Notes: a model not told the origin generated them from the sequence alone. A stretch of DNA of 64,000 nt from Eledone cirrhosa (GCA_964016885.1 OZ024745.1:100316001-100380000); one strand, 5' to 3'; shown: positions 41,674 through 58,562, counted from the stretch's first letter. Numbers and translations are program-made.

Positions 41674-41974
41674 ACAGAGAGAGAGAGAGACTTAGTTTCT
41701 GATCCAGTCCCACTCAATGACTAGCTTAAGTGCTTACTACTTACAGCTTCGACTAAAGCTTTTGAGGGAAATTTGGTAGAATGAAGATTGTCGTATTTAT
41801 GGTTGTGGGTGTGTCTGGGTTTCTTGAAGGTCCATAATTTTGTCAGATCAATGGAATAAATATCAGACTCAAAACTTAAGAAATCAATCAAATACACCTA
41901 TACACATACACGTTAGCCTTCATATTCATTTTATAGGCATATACATATGTACTCACACCCACACACATATATTT

Positions 41975-44250
41975 GTATAGAGGACGAGATGGATGGACAA
42001 TTGTAAAGACAAAAGCCTTCCCTGGTGAGGAATGTACCTCCCAACATAACTTAGTTGTCAACGACCTCATTGTCAGAACTAGAGTTACTTGGAAACAGAA
42101 GGCAACCTAGAAGCTGAAAGACCCCTCAGCCAGTAACAGATTTAAAGATATCTTACTCAACTCCTATGACAGTAAAGAAGAAAGAAGAACAGATAGAGAC
42201 ATTCAATGTCACTAAAGGTGACAAACTAGATTTGTGGTTGGAGTAAGACCACAGGGAGGAGGAGAGTGACTTGGTGGTGAAATAATAAGGTAGATGAAGC
42301 AATCAAGGCTAAGAGACAGGCATGGAAAGAATAGAAGAACAAACAGGGGAAGCTAGGTGACAAGTATACTTAGCTAGAAGGGAAGCGGAGGATAGAAAAT
42401 TTAAGCATGTTTTGCAGCATGAGGACCAGAAACAGGAGGTGTTCAGGATTGCGAGGCAGTGTATTAGAGAAAATTGTGATATAATTGGAGAGAAGTGTGT
42501 CCAGAATGATAAAGGTGAGCTTGCCCTCACAAGTGCCGAGAAGAAAGATGCATGGAAGAGCCATTATGAAAGATAACTAAATGAGGAGAATGCATGGGAG
42601 AAAGAGACTCTACCTCAAGTGGACCCTATAGGGGGGCCAGCAATACAAGTTAGCAGTGTAGTAGTAGTAGTATAGCTGCCAAGATGCTGAAACCATCGGG
42701 GCTGGTAGGTCACACCATAACCACACGTATTGTTAACCAGGTAATACTAGAAGGTGTCATACCAAAAGATTGGTGCAGCAGCATCATTGTCAACTGCTAC
42801 AAGGGTAAAGGAAATGCACTAGATAGAGGAAACTATAGAGGTATAAAGCTGATGGACCAAGTCATGAAAGTAATTGAAAGAGTTATAACACAGTTGATTA
42901 GGGACTGGGTAAAACTAGATGAGATGCAGTTTGGGTTTGTGCCAGGAAAAAACACCACTGATGCTCTCTTCCTTGTGAGGCAGTTACAGCAAAAGTACCT
43001 AGCCAAAAGTAAGCCGCTCTACCTGGCATTTGTCAATCTGGAAAAGGCCTTCGACAGAATGCCCCGTGCTATAATCTGATGGGCTCTTATACAACTAAGA
43101 ATGGCTTGTGAAAACTGTACAAGCCATGTATAGAGGAACAGTCAGCAAAGTTAGGGTTAACAATGACTATAGCGAGGAATTTAGCATACAGGTCGGTGTC
43201 CACCAGGGCTCTGTTCTTAGCCCTCTCCTATTTATTATAGTATTGCAGCCTATAACAGAGGAGTTTAAGACTGGATGCCCATGGGAACTTCTGTATGCGG
43301 ATGATCTTAAACTTATAGCTGAATCTATGGTGGAACTAAAAAGAAATTCCAAACATGGAAGCAGGGACTAGAAAGAAGGGGTCTCAAAGTCAACCTGACA
43401 AAGACTAAGGTCATCGTAAGTAGACGAGAAAACAGAACTCAGATCCCCTCAGGGAAATGGCCTTGCTCAGTGAAAGGTGTAGGTAGGAATTCCATCCTCT
43501 GTCCCAAATGCAAACTATCGGTACACAAGAGATGTAGTGGGATCTCAGGAAGCTTAGTTAGGAATGTTATCTTTACATGTAGCAGCTGCACTGGGACAGT
43601 AAGCAGCAAACGGCCACAGGAAACAAGCACTACCAAACTCTGGGAGGGATGTGTAGAAACACTAGACAGCTTCTGCTACCTAGGTGACTGAATTAGCAGC
43701 GGAGTGGGTGTTCTGAAAGTACAGTAACCAGGGTAAGAATGGAATGGAAGAAGTTCAGGGAGCTACTGCCACTGCTAGCTGCAAAAGGCTTTTCCCTCAA
43801 AATGAAAGGCAGACTGTATGATGCATGCATACAAACATTAATGTTACATGGTAGTGAGACCTCGGTGCTGTGTGTATAAGACTTGACTTGCGTAGATTAG
43901 AAAGAAACAAAGCTTGCATGCTCCGATGGATGTGTAATAGTAATATACGGAAATGGTAAAGCATAAACGAATAGAGAGAGAGACTGAACATAAGAGGAAT
44001 CAAATGCTGTGTGCAGGAGAGGAGGTTGCGTTGGTATGGACATGTGATGAGTATGAAGGATGACAACTGTATAAAAACGTGCAGAGCGCTAGAAGTTGAT
44101 GGAAGCCTTGGAGTGGGGAGACCCAAGAAAACCTAGCATAAGGTGATAAAAGCTGATCTTGCCCAATTGCACCTCTCAAAGGTGATGACGCAGGACCGTG
44201 ACCTCTGGCATCACGCAGTAATACCGAAGACCCAACTTCCCACGGGTACA
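41975..44250 (+). mobile_element. RTE-clade LINE ORF2, 5'-truncated and frameshifted
   Basis: YKGKGNALDRGNYRGIKLM, QFGFVPGK, AFVNLEKAFDR, VGVHQGSVLSPLLF, LYADD (YADD 43294-43305), FCYLGD, RRLRWYGHV. Confidence 0.95.
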
Positions 44251-44652
44251 AGCCGAAGCTGAAGCATATAGACAATATTCCCCCACCCCCTCCCACTACA
44301 AAGTGGTCGTGGAGGTGTCACGTCAAAAAAGCACCCAGCCCACACTGTGGGCACCACGGTTAAAAAAAAGTACCCAACACTCACTGTAAATCAGGTTGGT
44401 GTTAGGAAGGGTATCCTGCTGTAGAAATCAAACCAAAACCAGTTCCCGTATGAGCAAAACAAGGTCACTCGACTTGGCATTGCCTACAACAAGACAACCC
44501 TTAGCAGCTGTTGGTGGTACGCTTTTATTTTTATCGAGATTGATTGGAACAGCGTGAAATGAGATGTCTAACTAAATGACAATACGTAAACAACAATGGT
44601 AAAAGAATCAAAACCACAATCCTATGATCCCAAGTCTTTCACTTTAACTGCT

Positions 44653-44656
44653 GTGT

Positions 44657-44721
<65 letters not shown>

Positions 44722-44728
44722 TGTGTGT

Positions 44729-44767
<39 letters not shown>

Positions 44768-44795
44768 TATAGACACACACACACATATATATATA
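44653..44795. repeat. (TG)n microsatellite
   Basis: Read directly. Confidence 0.95.
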
Positions 44796-44809
44796 AGATC
44801 ACATTATTA

Positions 44810-44940
44810 TATGAGGGTAGGCTGAAACGTTCATAGGCTGACTATGAAAGAATGATGCTAGAGATATGAAATCTTGCAGGCATTAATTTCAACTCTTCAT
44901 ATTAATAACTGCATTGTTTTTTGGGCTATTAACTCTACAA
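44810..44940 (+). mobile_element. Tc1/mariner-like terminal fragment
   Basis: ta|tgagggtaggctgaaacgttcataggctgac resembles mariner TA|CGAGGG termini; partner end not found. Confidence 0.4.
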
Positions 44941-45004
44941 TATATATTGAGTAATTTTTCATCATCTTTGTATAGAAAGACAACCCACATACAATCGTGC
45001 TCCT

Positions 45005-45119
<115 letters not shown>

Positions 45120-45204
45120 GCCAGTATTGATCCATGTCATGGCAAAATTTATAATGACACACCTTGCAATAAGTAGTGATAGTAGTGCACCCATGTCGTC
45201 AATA

Positions 45205-45455
45205 ATACATTACTGGTACTTTATTTTATTGACCCCGTAAGGCAAAATTAACCGCGACGGGATTTGAACTCAGATCCCATCGAGGTTAACTTTGCCTTTC
45301 ATCCTTACCGAGTCGATAAAATAAAATACCAGTAATGTACTGAGTAATTGCTGGCCTTGTGCCAAAAAAGTAAAAACAATTATTCTTAAACGTCCGACCC
45401 TCTACCAGTATTGGTAGAGGGTCGGACACCATGCTTTGCGGCATAGAGTTACGCC
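45205..45455. mobile_element. Rearranged (fold-back) SINE family A fragments
   Basis: Opposite-orientation halves joined near 45272; hairpin tccgaccctctacca-gtat-tggtagagggtcgga at 45393-45426. Confidence 0.75.
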
Positions 45456-45474
45456 CAAATTTGTTGAACGAAAA

Positions 45475-45660
45475 TGACAGGGAACATCTTCACGAACCAA
45501 AGTATTGTCTTCCTGTTTTCCTTGGGTTGCAACGTTTTTCGAAATATTTACTTCTGCGTCCACAGATTGATTTTCTTTTAGTTTCAGAAGATCCCGTTAA
45601 GGGTGAAAGCAGCGATTCTTTTCTTAAACTTTAATCTGTTATTTTAATCAATATATATAA
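45475..45660 (+). repeat. (TA)n-associated repeat; other copies 55305-55520 (+) and 48752-48930 (-)
   Basis: Shared cacgaaccaaagtat.gtcttcctgttttcct...gtttcagaagatcccgttaagggtgaaagcag. Confidence 0.85.
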
Positions 45661-45664
45661 ACAC

Positions 45665-46142
45665 ACTTCGTTTTTGACCATGCTTGAGAACTCGAAAGAC
45701 AAGGATGTGAAGTCGATCCGGCCCAAGCTTAAGTCAAGCAGAAAGTGGAAGGTCCGGGGGGCGGTAGATGCAGCAAAAAAAGAAAAAAAAGCCTTAAGAT
45801 CAGAGGTATAATCGGACACACTCAGGCCAATAGGCAAGGCCTGGGTTTAACAAAAATGGAACGGTGGTCAGAGACCAAAGAAAAGATGAGGAGGGATCTG
45901 ATTTTGCAGGAGGTGAAGAAGGAAGAGGATTCCAAAAGACTCCAGAAGGCAATTTAGCAGAGCTAACAGGGCCAGTGGATGATGTGGGAAGGTGAACTTC
46001 AGAAGTGTCTCGGATGGAATGACTTGTGGCATATGGTACCTCTCAGAATCAGTTTTCTCCTCAGATTTGTCTATGATACCCTGCCCGCGAATACGAATTT
46101 AGTCAAGTGGGGAAAATCAAATAACCCCGAGTGCCCACTTAG
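45665..46142 (+). mobile_element. Hero-like (RLE-type non-LTR) ORF fragment
   Basis: SRKWKV..., IIGHTQANRQGLG, LILQEVKKEED, QGQWMMWE, WNDLWHMVPLRISFLLRFVYDTLPANTNLVKWGK...ECPL. Confidence 0.75.
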
Positions 46143-46581
46143 AGTATAAGAAGTTAAGGGCTGAAACACTCATTTGAGGTTGGGGAGGAGGGTTTTTCCC
46201 TGAAGACGTTCTGCTGTCCAACCCTCCTGAGAGTTTCTTACCACTTTGTGTGGCAAGACTTTTATGTGAAAACCTGTGTTGAAACATATTGAACAGAACA
46301 AGAGGGGGTACAATGTAACAATAGTAGTCACCGAAGAAGTCACAATATGTGACGAAAGAGCTTTGACAATCAACAACTAAACAACCATCCATTTATTAAA
46401 CTAAGCGACAGGAAATTACAATAATAAATTGAAGTGAAAATCAACTGGTGCGTATGCTTTTATTGGCAGCATGGCCTTCTCAAAGTATAGCAATATATAT
46501 GTATGTGTGTGTGTATGTATATATATATATATATATATATATTTAAAAGAATAGAGGTGTAACACACAAGTTATGATATAT

Positions 46582-46824
46582 TGGTAAACGGAATAGAAAA
46601 TGCTGACAAATTGTTTGCTCTGATCTGATATTTGCTCAGATCAGAGCAAACATCACGGACGCTCTATCTCAAAATTATTTTTGAAAAGCATTAGAAATGC
46701 GCAACCGGTAAAACTTAAAAGCAAAACTTAATACTAATCAATACTATTACTAATTATCACTTATTCCTAATTAAACTATTTTTCACTGTGAACAATTTGT
46801 CAGCATTTTCTATTCCGTTTACCA
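46582..46824. mobile_element. MITE with perfect 34-bp terminal inverted repeats
   Basis: tggtaaacggaatagaaaatgctgacaaattgtt (46582-46615) is the exact reverse complement of 46791-46824. Confidence 0.85.
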
Positions 46825-46828
46825 TATT

Positions 46829-46872
<44 letters not shown>

Positions 46873-46876
<4 letters not shown>

Positions 46877-47093
46877 AATGTAATCTGAGTATTTCTAATA
46901 TTAATAATAACATTCGATTCGTTTGCAATTATGCAAACAAGCCTCAATTTTATAGCCATGTCAGTAGAATGAACCCTTCATTCTTACTCTTGTGTAGGCA
47001 TGTGACATGGCTATAAAATTGAGGTTTGTTTGCACAATTGCAAACGAATCGAATATTATTATTAATATTCGAAAAACTCAGATTACATTTATT
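46873..47093. repeat. Long inverted repeat / foldback element (91-bp arms, 39-bp spacer)
   Basis: Arms 46873-46963 and 47003-47093 are complementary with a few mismatches. Confidence 0.88.
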
Positions 47094-47446
47094 GTATTCA
47101 GCCATGTAGAGCGAATACACTGGGATAATTTGCCAAATGTAGAAACAATTATTATAGTGTTTGATTTCTTGGAAGAATTAGTCCAAATACTGCTTTTTTC
47201 GTCTTTCTTGATAAATTTCAGGATAAATTTGAAGAAGACAGAGACCAGAGACAAAAGATAAAATAGGTGTAGTGCGATGTGATTATGTGCAGTAAATTTA
47301 ATTTTTGTAAGCAAGGTATGGGGTTTAATTTTTGTACATTGTTCAATAACTTGTAACTAATATTGTTTGGGCAGTGGAGAATTCAGGGGAGAAGAGACCC
47401 TGACTGAACTGCAGCCCAGAATCTCAAAATATTTAATAAACAGTGA

Positions 47447-47610
47447 ATAATTGTTTCTACTTTTGGCACAAGGCCAGCAATTATCCAGTACATTACTAGT
47501 ACTTTATTTTATCGACCCCATAAGGATGAAAGGCAACGTTAACCACGACGGTATTTGAACTCAGACCGTAAAGGGACGTAATTATGCTAGAAAGCATTGC
47601 GTCCAACCTT
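47447..47610 (-). mobile_element. SINE family A
   Basis: Family-A tail and body on the minus strand. Confidence 0.8.
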
Positions 47611-47896
47611 TTAACATAAAGGTCTTGATAGAATCTTTAGCTAGGGTCTCTAAAGAGCTTGCTCTACCTTAGCCGTTGGTTATGTTGACAGTATATATTT
47701 CTCACAAAGCACTAGATCCTGAGAGTTTTGTAATTGGCCTCTGACAACACACACATCTCATATTGATTGGAATGGAGTAACCAAAGGAGCAACGAATATA
47801 TATATAAATATATACGTGTGTGTTTGTGTGTGTGTGTGCGTGTAATAATAAATACAAGACCAAATTCGAAAGAGGACCCGATAACTTTTAATCTGT

Positions 47897-47921
47897 ACCA
47901 CCACCACCACCACCACCACCG

Positions 47922-47980
<59 letters not shown>
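47897..47980. repeat. (CAC)n-(TAC)n trinucleotide microsatellite
   Basis: Read directly. Confidence 0.95.
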
Positions 47981-47981
<1 letters not shown>

Positions 47982-48219
47982 TATATATATTATCATAAAG
48001 GTTTAACGTCTATTTTCCATGCTCGCATGGGTGGTAGACAGGTATCGTGTGTTGAGGCTAGACAGGTCAGGTTTTGCTCATACGATCAGTAACTGTTGGC
48101 TTGGTTTCTACGGTTGAATCCCCTTACTAACTCCAACAACATTACAGCATTTAGTGGATCTGTTTTCGTAACAGCACCACCACTACCAATTTACAGGTGA
48201 ATTACGTGCTTTTTTGTCG

Positions 48220-48313
48220 CATATATTTCATATATATCAATATATATATATATCAATATATATATATATCAATATATATATATATATATATACATATATC
48301 AATAAATATATCA

Positions 48314-48370
<57 letters not shown>

Positions 48371-48416
48371 ATATCTATATCAATAAATTTCTATATATAT
48401 ATATCAATAAATATAT

Positions 48417-48468
<52 letters not shown>

Positions 48469-48478
48469 ATAAATATAT

Positions 48479-48512
<34 letters not shown>

Positions 48513-48645
48513 ATAAATATATCAATATATATATATATATATCAATAAATATTATATATATATATATATATATATAGATGGATATATATATAGATGGATA
48601 TATACATATATATATACATCGATATATATATATATATATGTATGT
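48220..48645. repeat. (TA)n array with CAA interruptions
   Basis: Read directly. Confidence 0.9.
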
Positions 48646-48649
48646 ATGG

Positions 48650-49256
48650 ATTCACCGAACATTTATTATAATGCTCGGTGTGTTTGTAAAGAAACATCCC
48701 GAATTAAGCCGTACAGTGTCTAGCAACCATCGTTGCTCATTTGTTCAACACTGCTTTCACCCTTAACGGGATCTTCTGAAACTAACAAAGTGAATCTGTA
48801 AACGCAGAAGTGGATATTTCAAAAAACGTTGCAACCTTAGGAAGACAGGAAGACGATACTCTTGGTTCGTGGAAACGTTCGCTGGCAAAGAACGGGAAAA
48901 CACGAATATAATACGTCATTAATAGGAGCGGTAAAAAACAATTACACGCAAAGACACAACCACGTCTATGGTATAAAGAAGTCGTAGACTAATGTTCTCT
49001 TAGGTGGTTCATAGAGACGTTCTCTGGCAATGAACGGAAAAAAACGAAGATAATACGTCATATGTGGACCGTGGAGAACAATTGCACGTAAAGACAAAAC
49101 CACGTAAATGGTATAGCTGAAGTCGTAGACTAAAATTCTAACTAGGAGTACAAATGAATCTCCGCTACAGAGTTTAGAATAAAGTAAATAAAATACCATA
49201 CAGAGGTAACAGAAATTAAATAAGATACATACACGCATGCAAATACGTACACGACA
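48650..49256 (-). repeat. ~600-bp element between (TA)n arrays with an internal ~140-bp tandem duplication
   Basis: 48865-48992 and 49005-49133 are diverged duplicates; contains the inverted copy of 55305-55480. Confidence 0.7.
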
Positions 49257-53218
<3,962 letters not shown>

Positions 53219-53606
53219 TGTTTGTTTGTTTATTTATTTGTTCGTGATTGATATAAGACACAAAAAAATAAACAAACAACAAATAAATAAATAAATATAT
53301 AGACCAGGCTAAATAAACAATGGCGTAGACATACAATGTACGGAGGAAACAATAGCACCACTGACGATGTTGTAGATGTGCAACGAAAGAACTTTGATAA
53401 ACTATATATACGTGTTTGTGTCTATATTGTATCTCTATTAATTATGAACGTCGGTCAGTCATGGCAACATTGAGGACCTAAAAAATTAGATTACCGATAT
53501 AAAAGACACAGAAGCGAAAAGCGAAAACCAACCAAACAGTGAGTGTGTTCTGTATTAATTCTGCAAATATTACACAAATATGACCCTCCCCAAGTATAAC
53601 ATATAA

Positions 53607-53691
<85 letters not shown>

Positions 53692-54557
53692 ATATATATA
53701 TATCAACCATGTATATATGTATATATATATCAACCATTGTCTTGATAAAAACTTAATCTACGAATGTAAAGTTATAACTGACACCAATTCCTTCACCTAT
53801 TTTGGCTCCACTTCCACCTCCTTTAAAGCTCGTCTTTATAATCATCATTCGTCTTTTAAATACCAACTTAAAAGAACCAACACGGCTCTCTCAGAACTCA
53901 TATGGTCCTTGAAAGACAAAAATATTAAATATAACATCTCTTGGAAAAAGGTTTCTTCTGCTTTTCCATACTTGAACAGTTCTCTATCCAAGATTTGCAA
54001 TCTCTGTCTAAATGAAAAATTTACCATTATATCTAATTTAGATTCTATAATAAATAGACGCACTGACCTTGTTTTTCTCTCTGCTTGCATACATTCCACA
54101 GAACATTCCATAAAGTATACAGCTAATATCCAAAACTTTTTCAATTTAGAATCCTTTTCTCAAAGGCACATTTATATATATATATATACTTCTTTAAAAA
54201 TATACCCATCTTTCTACCTTATTTCAAAGTTATTTATTATACATTATATAATACTTGTTACTCATTCTATATCACTCCTATTTATCACTTCCCTTTCTTC
54301 CTTTTCCTTTTCTTTTTCTTTTAATTTCTAACCCCTAATCTGTACCTTTTCTCACTGTGCCTAACATAGAAACAATTATTACACAATACAATATATTCTT
54401 ACTTTATATCACCTTGAAAAAATCCTTCGTAAACATAAACATTTTTTTGACGTTAGATTATTCATCCTCAATTCATTATTTTTTTCTCACTTTAATGTTT
54501 CATCCTATCTTCTACTTTTTTCACAATATATCCTTACATTACCTTTGCTATTTTTAA

Positions 54558-54735
54558 TAATACATATCAACATTTTCTTTCCATCGCACAAATTATTAAA
54601 CCCTTAAATATTAATTCTTAATACATATTAACATTTTCTTTCCATCGCACATATTATTAAACCCTTAAATATTATTCCTTAATACATATTAACAATTTCT
54701 TTTCATCGCACATATTATTAAACCCTTCAATATAC
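54558..54735. repeat. 61-bp tandem repeat x3 inside the Penelope-like 3' region
   Basis: taatacatat anchor at 54558, 54619, 54680. Confidence 0.88.
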
Positions 54736-55095
54736 AAACCTTAACTTTACATTATTTTTCTCTTCGTTAATTTTCAAATTTTTTTAATTTATACATTATC
54801 TTCCAACGGTTTTTCAACCTCTCTATGTAAAACAATATATTTTTCTCAGTTATAAAAGCTATCTCTTTCTCTCTATAACCCATCTCTCCTCCTATCTCAT
54901 CCTTCCTAATTATACTCCTCCCCCTCCACTTTTTTACTCTCAACTCCTCCTCTTTTTCATCCTTTCCACCCCCCTCCCCTCAATATTTTTTTTTTCCCCC
55001 AATATCACACATCAATCTAAAACTACTTTTCATATGTTGATTTAAAACTGCACTATCCACAAGTGTTTTTTAACCTTCATATCATGTCTTCCTAT

Positions 55096-55162
55096 TTTTA
55101 TCTGATGAAAACACAAATGTTATTGCATGATGATATTTGTTTTTGAAATGCGCATAATAAAA
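55096..55162 (+). ncRNA. Minimal type I hammerhead ribozyme of the Penelope-like element
   Basis: Stem I ttttat/ataaaa, CTGATGA 55102-55108, long stem II 55109-55144, GAAA 55145-55148, palindromic stem III atgcgcat, AUA cleavage triplet ending at 55156. Confidence 0.78.
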
Positions 55163-55724
55163 TACATGGAACTCTTTTAACCATCTTTTGATCTTATATA
55201 TTATGTATACTCCAGTCCTACAAACTGTAGAGTGCTTCTTATCCGATATCTGCATTGCTTTATTGTACTACAATAAAACTCACCTCCTATATTATATATA
55301 TATTCCTATTAATGACGTATTATATTCGTTTTTTCCGTTCTTTGCCAGCGAACGTTTCCACGAACCAAAGTATCGTCTTCCTGTTTTCCTCCGGTTGCAA
55401 CGTTTTTTGAAATATCCACTTCTGCGTTTACAGATTGACTTTGTTAGTTTCAGAAGATCCCGTTAAGGGTGAAAGCAGCGATTCTTTTCTTAAACTTTAA
55501 TCTGTTATTTTAATAAATATTTGCTCTACGGTTTTTATATATTTGATATATATTTATCCTTATTGAGCCCTCTTTGGATTTTAGTCTTCAAATTTATTAT
55601 TATTACTATATATATATTATATATATATATATCTCGATATATATATATATATACATATATATCGATATATATATATATATATATATACATATATATCGAT
55701 ATATATATATATATATATACATGT

Positions 55725-55762
<38 letters not shown>

Positions 55763-56285
55763 ACATATATATATATACATATATATATATCGATATTTTT
55801 TTGTCTCTCTCTTCTCTCTCTCTTTTTTCTGGTTAGAAAATGATTAAAACGAAATGTTTTACTTTGTGTGAAGTGTTAAGTTATTAGTTTGATTATTTAT
55901 TAGTTAACAATGGCGTTTATTTATCTATTTATATATTTAATTGTTGTCTATTACCGGTTTGTGCATTTATATGCATTATCAAATGATAGTGAAATGTATT
56001 AGTGTGGTGTCGCACATGTTAAACAGAAGGTGCAGAAAGAATAATGTTATATACAAACAAGGTTTAAGAGTTAAAAGAAAAAGAAAAAGGAAAAAAAACC
56101 GTGCATAATGTGGAACGTAAAAGGTCAATGTGGAAGAAAAGTTAATGTTATTTACAAGCACAGTCATTGAAGATAAGCAGCTCAAAATATCGCAAGAGTG
56201 TTTAGTTGAACCATGGTTCCGTGAAGGAGGCAAATGACCATTTATATATCGATATATGTATACATATATACATATTTATATATCG

Positions 56286-56363
<78 letters not shown>

Positions 56364-56402
56364 TATATATCGATATACATATATATATATATTTATATAT
56401 CG

Positions 56403-56434
<32 letters not shown>

Positions 56435-56466
56435 CGATATACATATATATATATATATGTATATCG

Positions 56467-56497
<31 letters not shown>

Positions 56498-56519
56498 AAT
56501 ATTTATATATCGAATATAC

Positions 56520-56552
<33 letters not shown>

Positions 56553-56561
56553 TATTTATAT

Positions 56562-56598
<37 letters not shown>

Positions 56599-56600
<2 letters not shown>

Positions 56601-56666
56601 GGAGGTGAGTTTTATTGTAGTACAATAAAGCAATGCAGATATCGGATAAGAAGCACTCTACAGTTT
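56599..56666 (-). mobile_element. Exact inverted copy of the Penelope-like 3' terminus running into the gap
   Basis: 68/68 reverse complement of 55222-55289. Confidence 0.85.
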
Positions 56667-56866
56667 NNNNNNNNNNNNNNNNNNNNNNNNNNNNNNNNNN
56701 NNNNNNNNNNNNNNNNNNNNNNNNNNNNNNNNNNNNNNNNNNNNNNNNNNNNNNNNNNNNNNNNNNNNNNNNNNNNNNNNNNNNNNNNNNNNNNNNNNNN
56801 NNNNNNNNNNNNNNNNNNNNNNNNNNNNNNNNNNNNNNNNNNNNNNNNNNNNNNNNNNNNNNNNNN
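56667..56866. other. Assembly gap (200 N)
   Basis: Run of exactly 200 N, probably a fixed-size scaffolding gap of unknown true length. Confidence 0.98.
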
Positions 56867-57220
56867 TATATATATATATATTATATAATATATATATATT
56901 ATATATATATTATATATATATATTATATATATATATATTATATAATATATATATTATATATATATTATATATATATTATATATATATATTATATATATAT
57001 ATATATTATATAATATATATATATTATATATATATTATATATATATTATATATATATTATATATATATATTATATATATATTATATATATTATATATATA
57101 TATTATATATACATTATATATAAATATTATATATATATTATATATATATATTATATATATATTATATATATATATAATATATATATATTATATATATATA
57201 TTATATATATATATTATATA

Positions 57221-57265
<45 letters not shown>

Positions 57266-57519
57266 ATTATATTATATATATATATATTTATATATATTAT
57301 ATATATATATATATTTATATATATTATATATATATATATTTATATATATTATATATATATTATATATATATATTATATATATTATATATATATTATATAT
57401 TATATATATTATATATATATTATATATATATTATATAATATATATATTATATATATATATATACATTATATATATATTTATATATATATATATAATATAT
57501 ATATATATTATATATATAT

Positions 57520-57551
<32 letters not shown>

Positions 57552-57773
57552 ATATATTATATATATATTATATATATATATTATATATATATATATATAT
57601 ATAATATATATATCATATATATATATATTATATATATATATATATATAATTTATATATATATATTATATATATATATATATATTATATATATATATTATA
57701 TATATATATATATTATATATATATTATATATATATATATATTATATATATATATTATATATATTATATATATA

Positions 57774-57804
<31 letters not shown>

Positions 57805-57827
57805 ACATATATATATTATATATATAT

Positions 57828-57894
<67 letters not shown>

Positions 57895-57923
57895 ACATAT
57901 ATATATTATATATATATAATATA

Positions 57924-57995
<72 letters not shown>

Positions 57996-58065
57996 CATAT
58001 ATATATTATATATATATAATATATATATTATATAATATATATATATATATTATATATTATATATA
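56867..58065. repeat. Almost pure A/T (TA)n(T) array
   Basis: Read directly. Confidence 0.95.
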
Positions 58066-58147
58066 AATGAAGTATTTCCGTAGGAAATATGTCTTCAAGA
58101 AACCACTGGTAAATGAATTAATTATCTTATGCTGTTTATTACATAAC

Positions 58148-58178
<31 letters not shown>

Positions 58179-58191
58179 ATATTTATATAAT

Positions 58192-58223
<32 letters not shown>

Positions 58224-58562
58224 ACGATAGTTATACATCCCTATATATACATGTCTATACAAATGTTTAAATATATTCACATATGCAGAGACTACACACA
58301 CACACATATATATATATATATATTACATACATATATATGTATGTATGTGTTTATATATTTATATATGTCAACACATATAAATATATGCACACACACACAT
58401 GCACGCGTGCGTGTGTATGTGTTTGTGTGTGAGCATTTGTGCATACTACTCCGCGTGTTGTAAGAGCTGACCATCGTGTTGGCATCAGGAAAAGCAAACC
58501 ACAATATAACAGTGCTGCTGAAATGTCCCTTCCAACCCATGCCAACATGGAAAATGTGATGT

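Larger units (their letters stand above)
53714..55289 (+). mobile_element. 5'-truncated Penelope-like element (Naiad/Chlamys-type GIY-YIG endonuclease plus 3' region)
   Basis: CLDKNLIYECKV...YFGST...FKARLYNHHSSF...TALSELIWSLK...W...CNLCLNEK...NRRTDL...CIH (about 53714-54095); hammerhead near the 3' end; both ends abut (TA)n. Confidence 0.85.

Noticed and set aside
54100-54331. C-terminal extension of the 217-aa ORF as real protein
   Set aside because: Low-complexity AT-rich read-through beyond the conserved CxH end of the endonuclease; the ORF's N-terminus is likewise microsatellite.
53714-55289. Selenocysteine/SECIS recoding reported for some Naiad elements
   Set aside because: The visible endonuclease fragment uses ordinary Cys codons with no in-frame UGA, and I could not identify a SECIS by eye.
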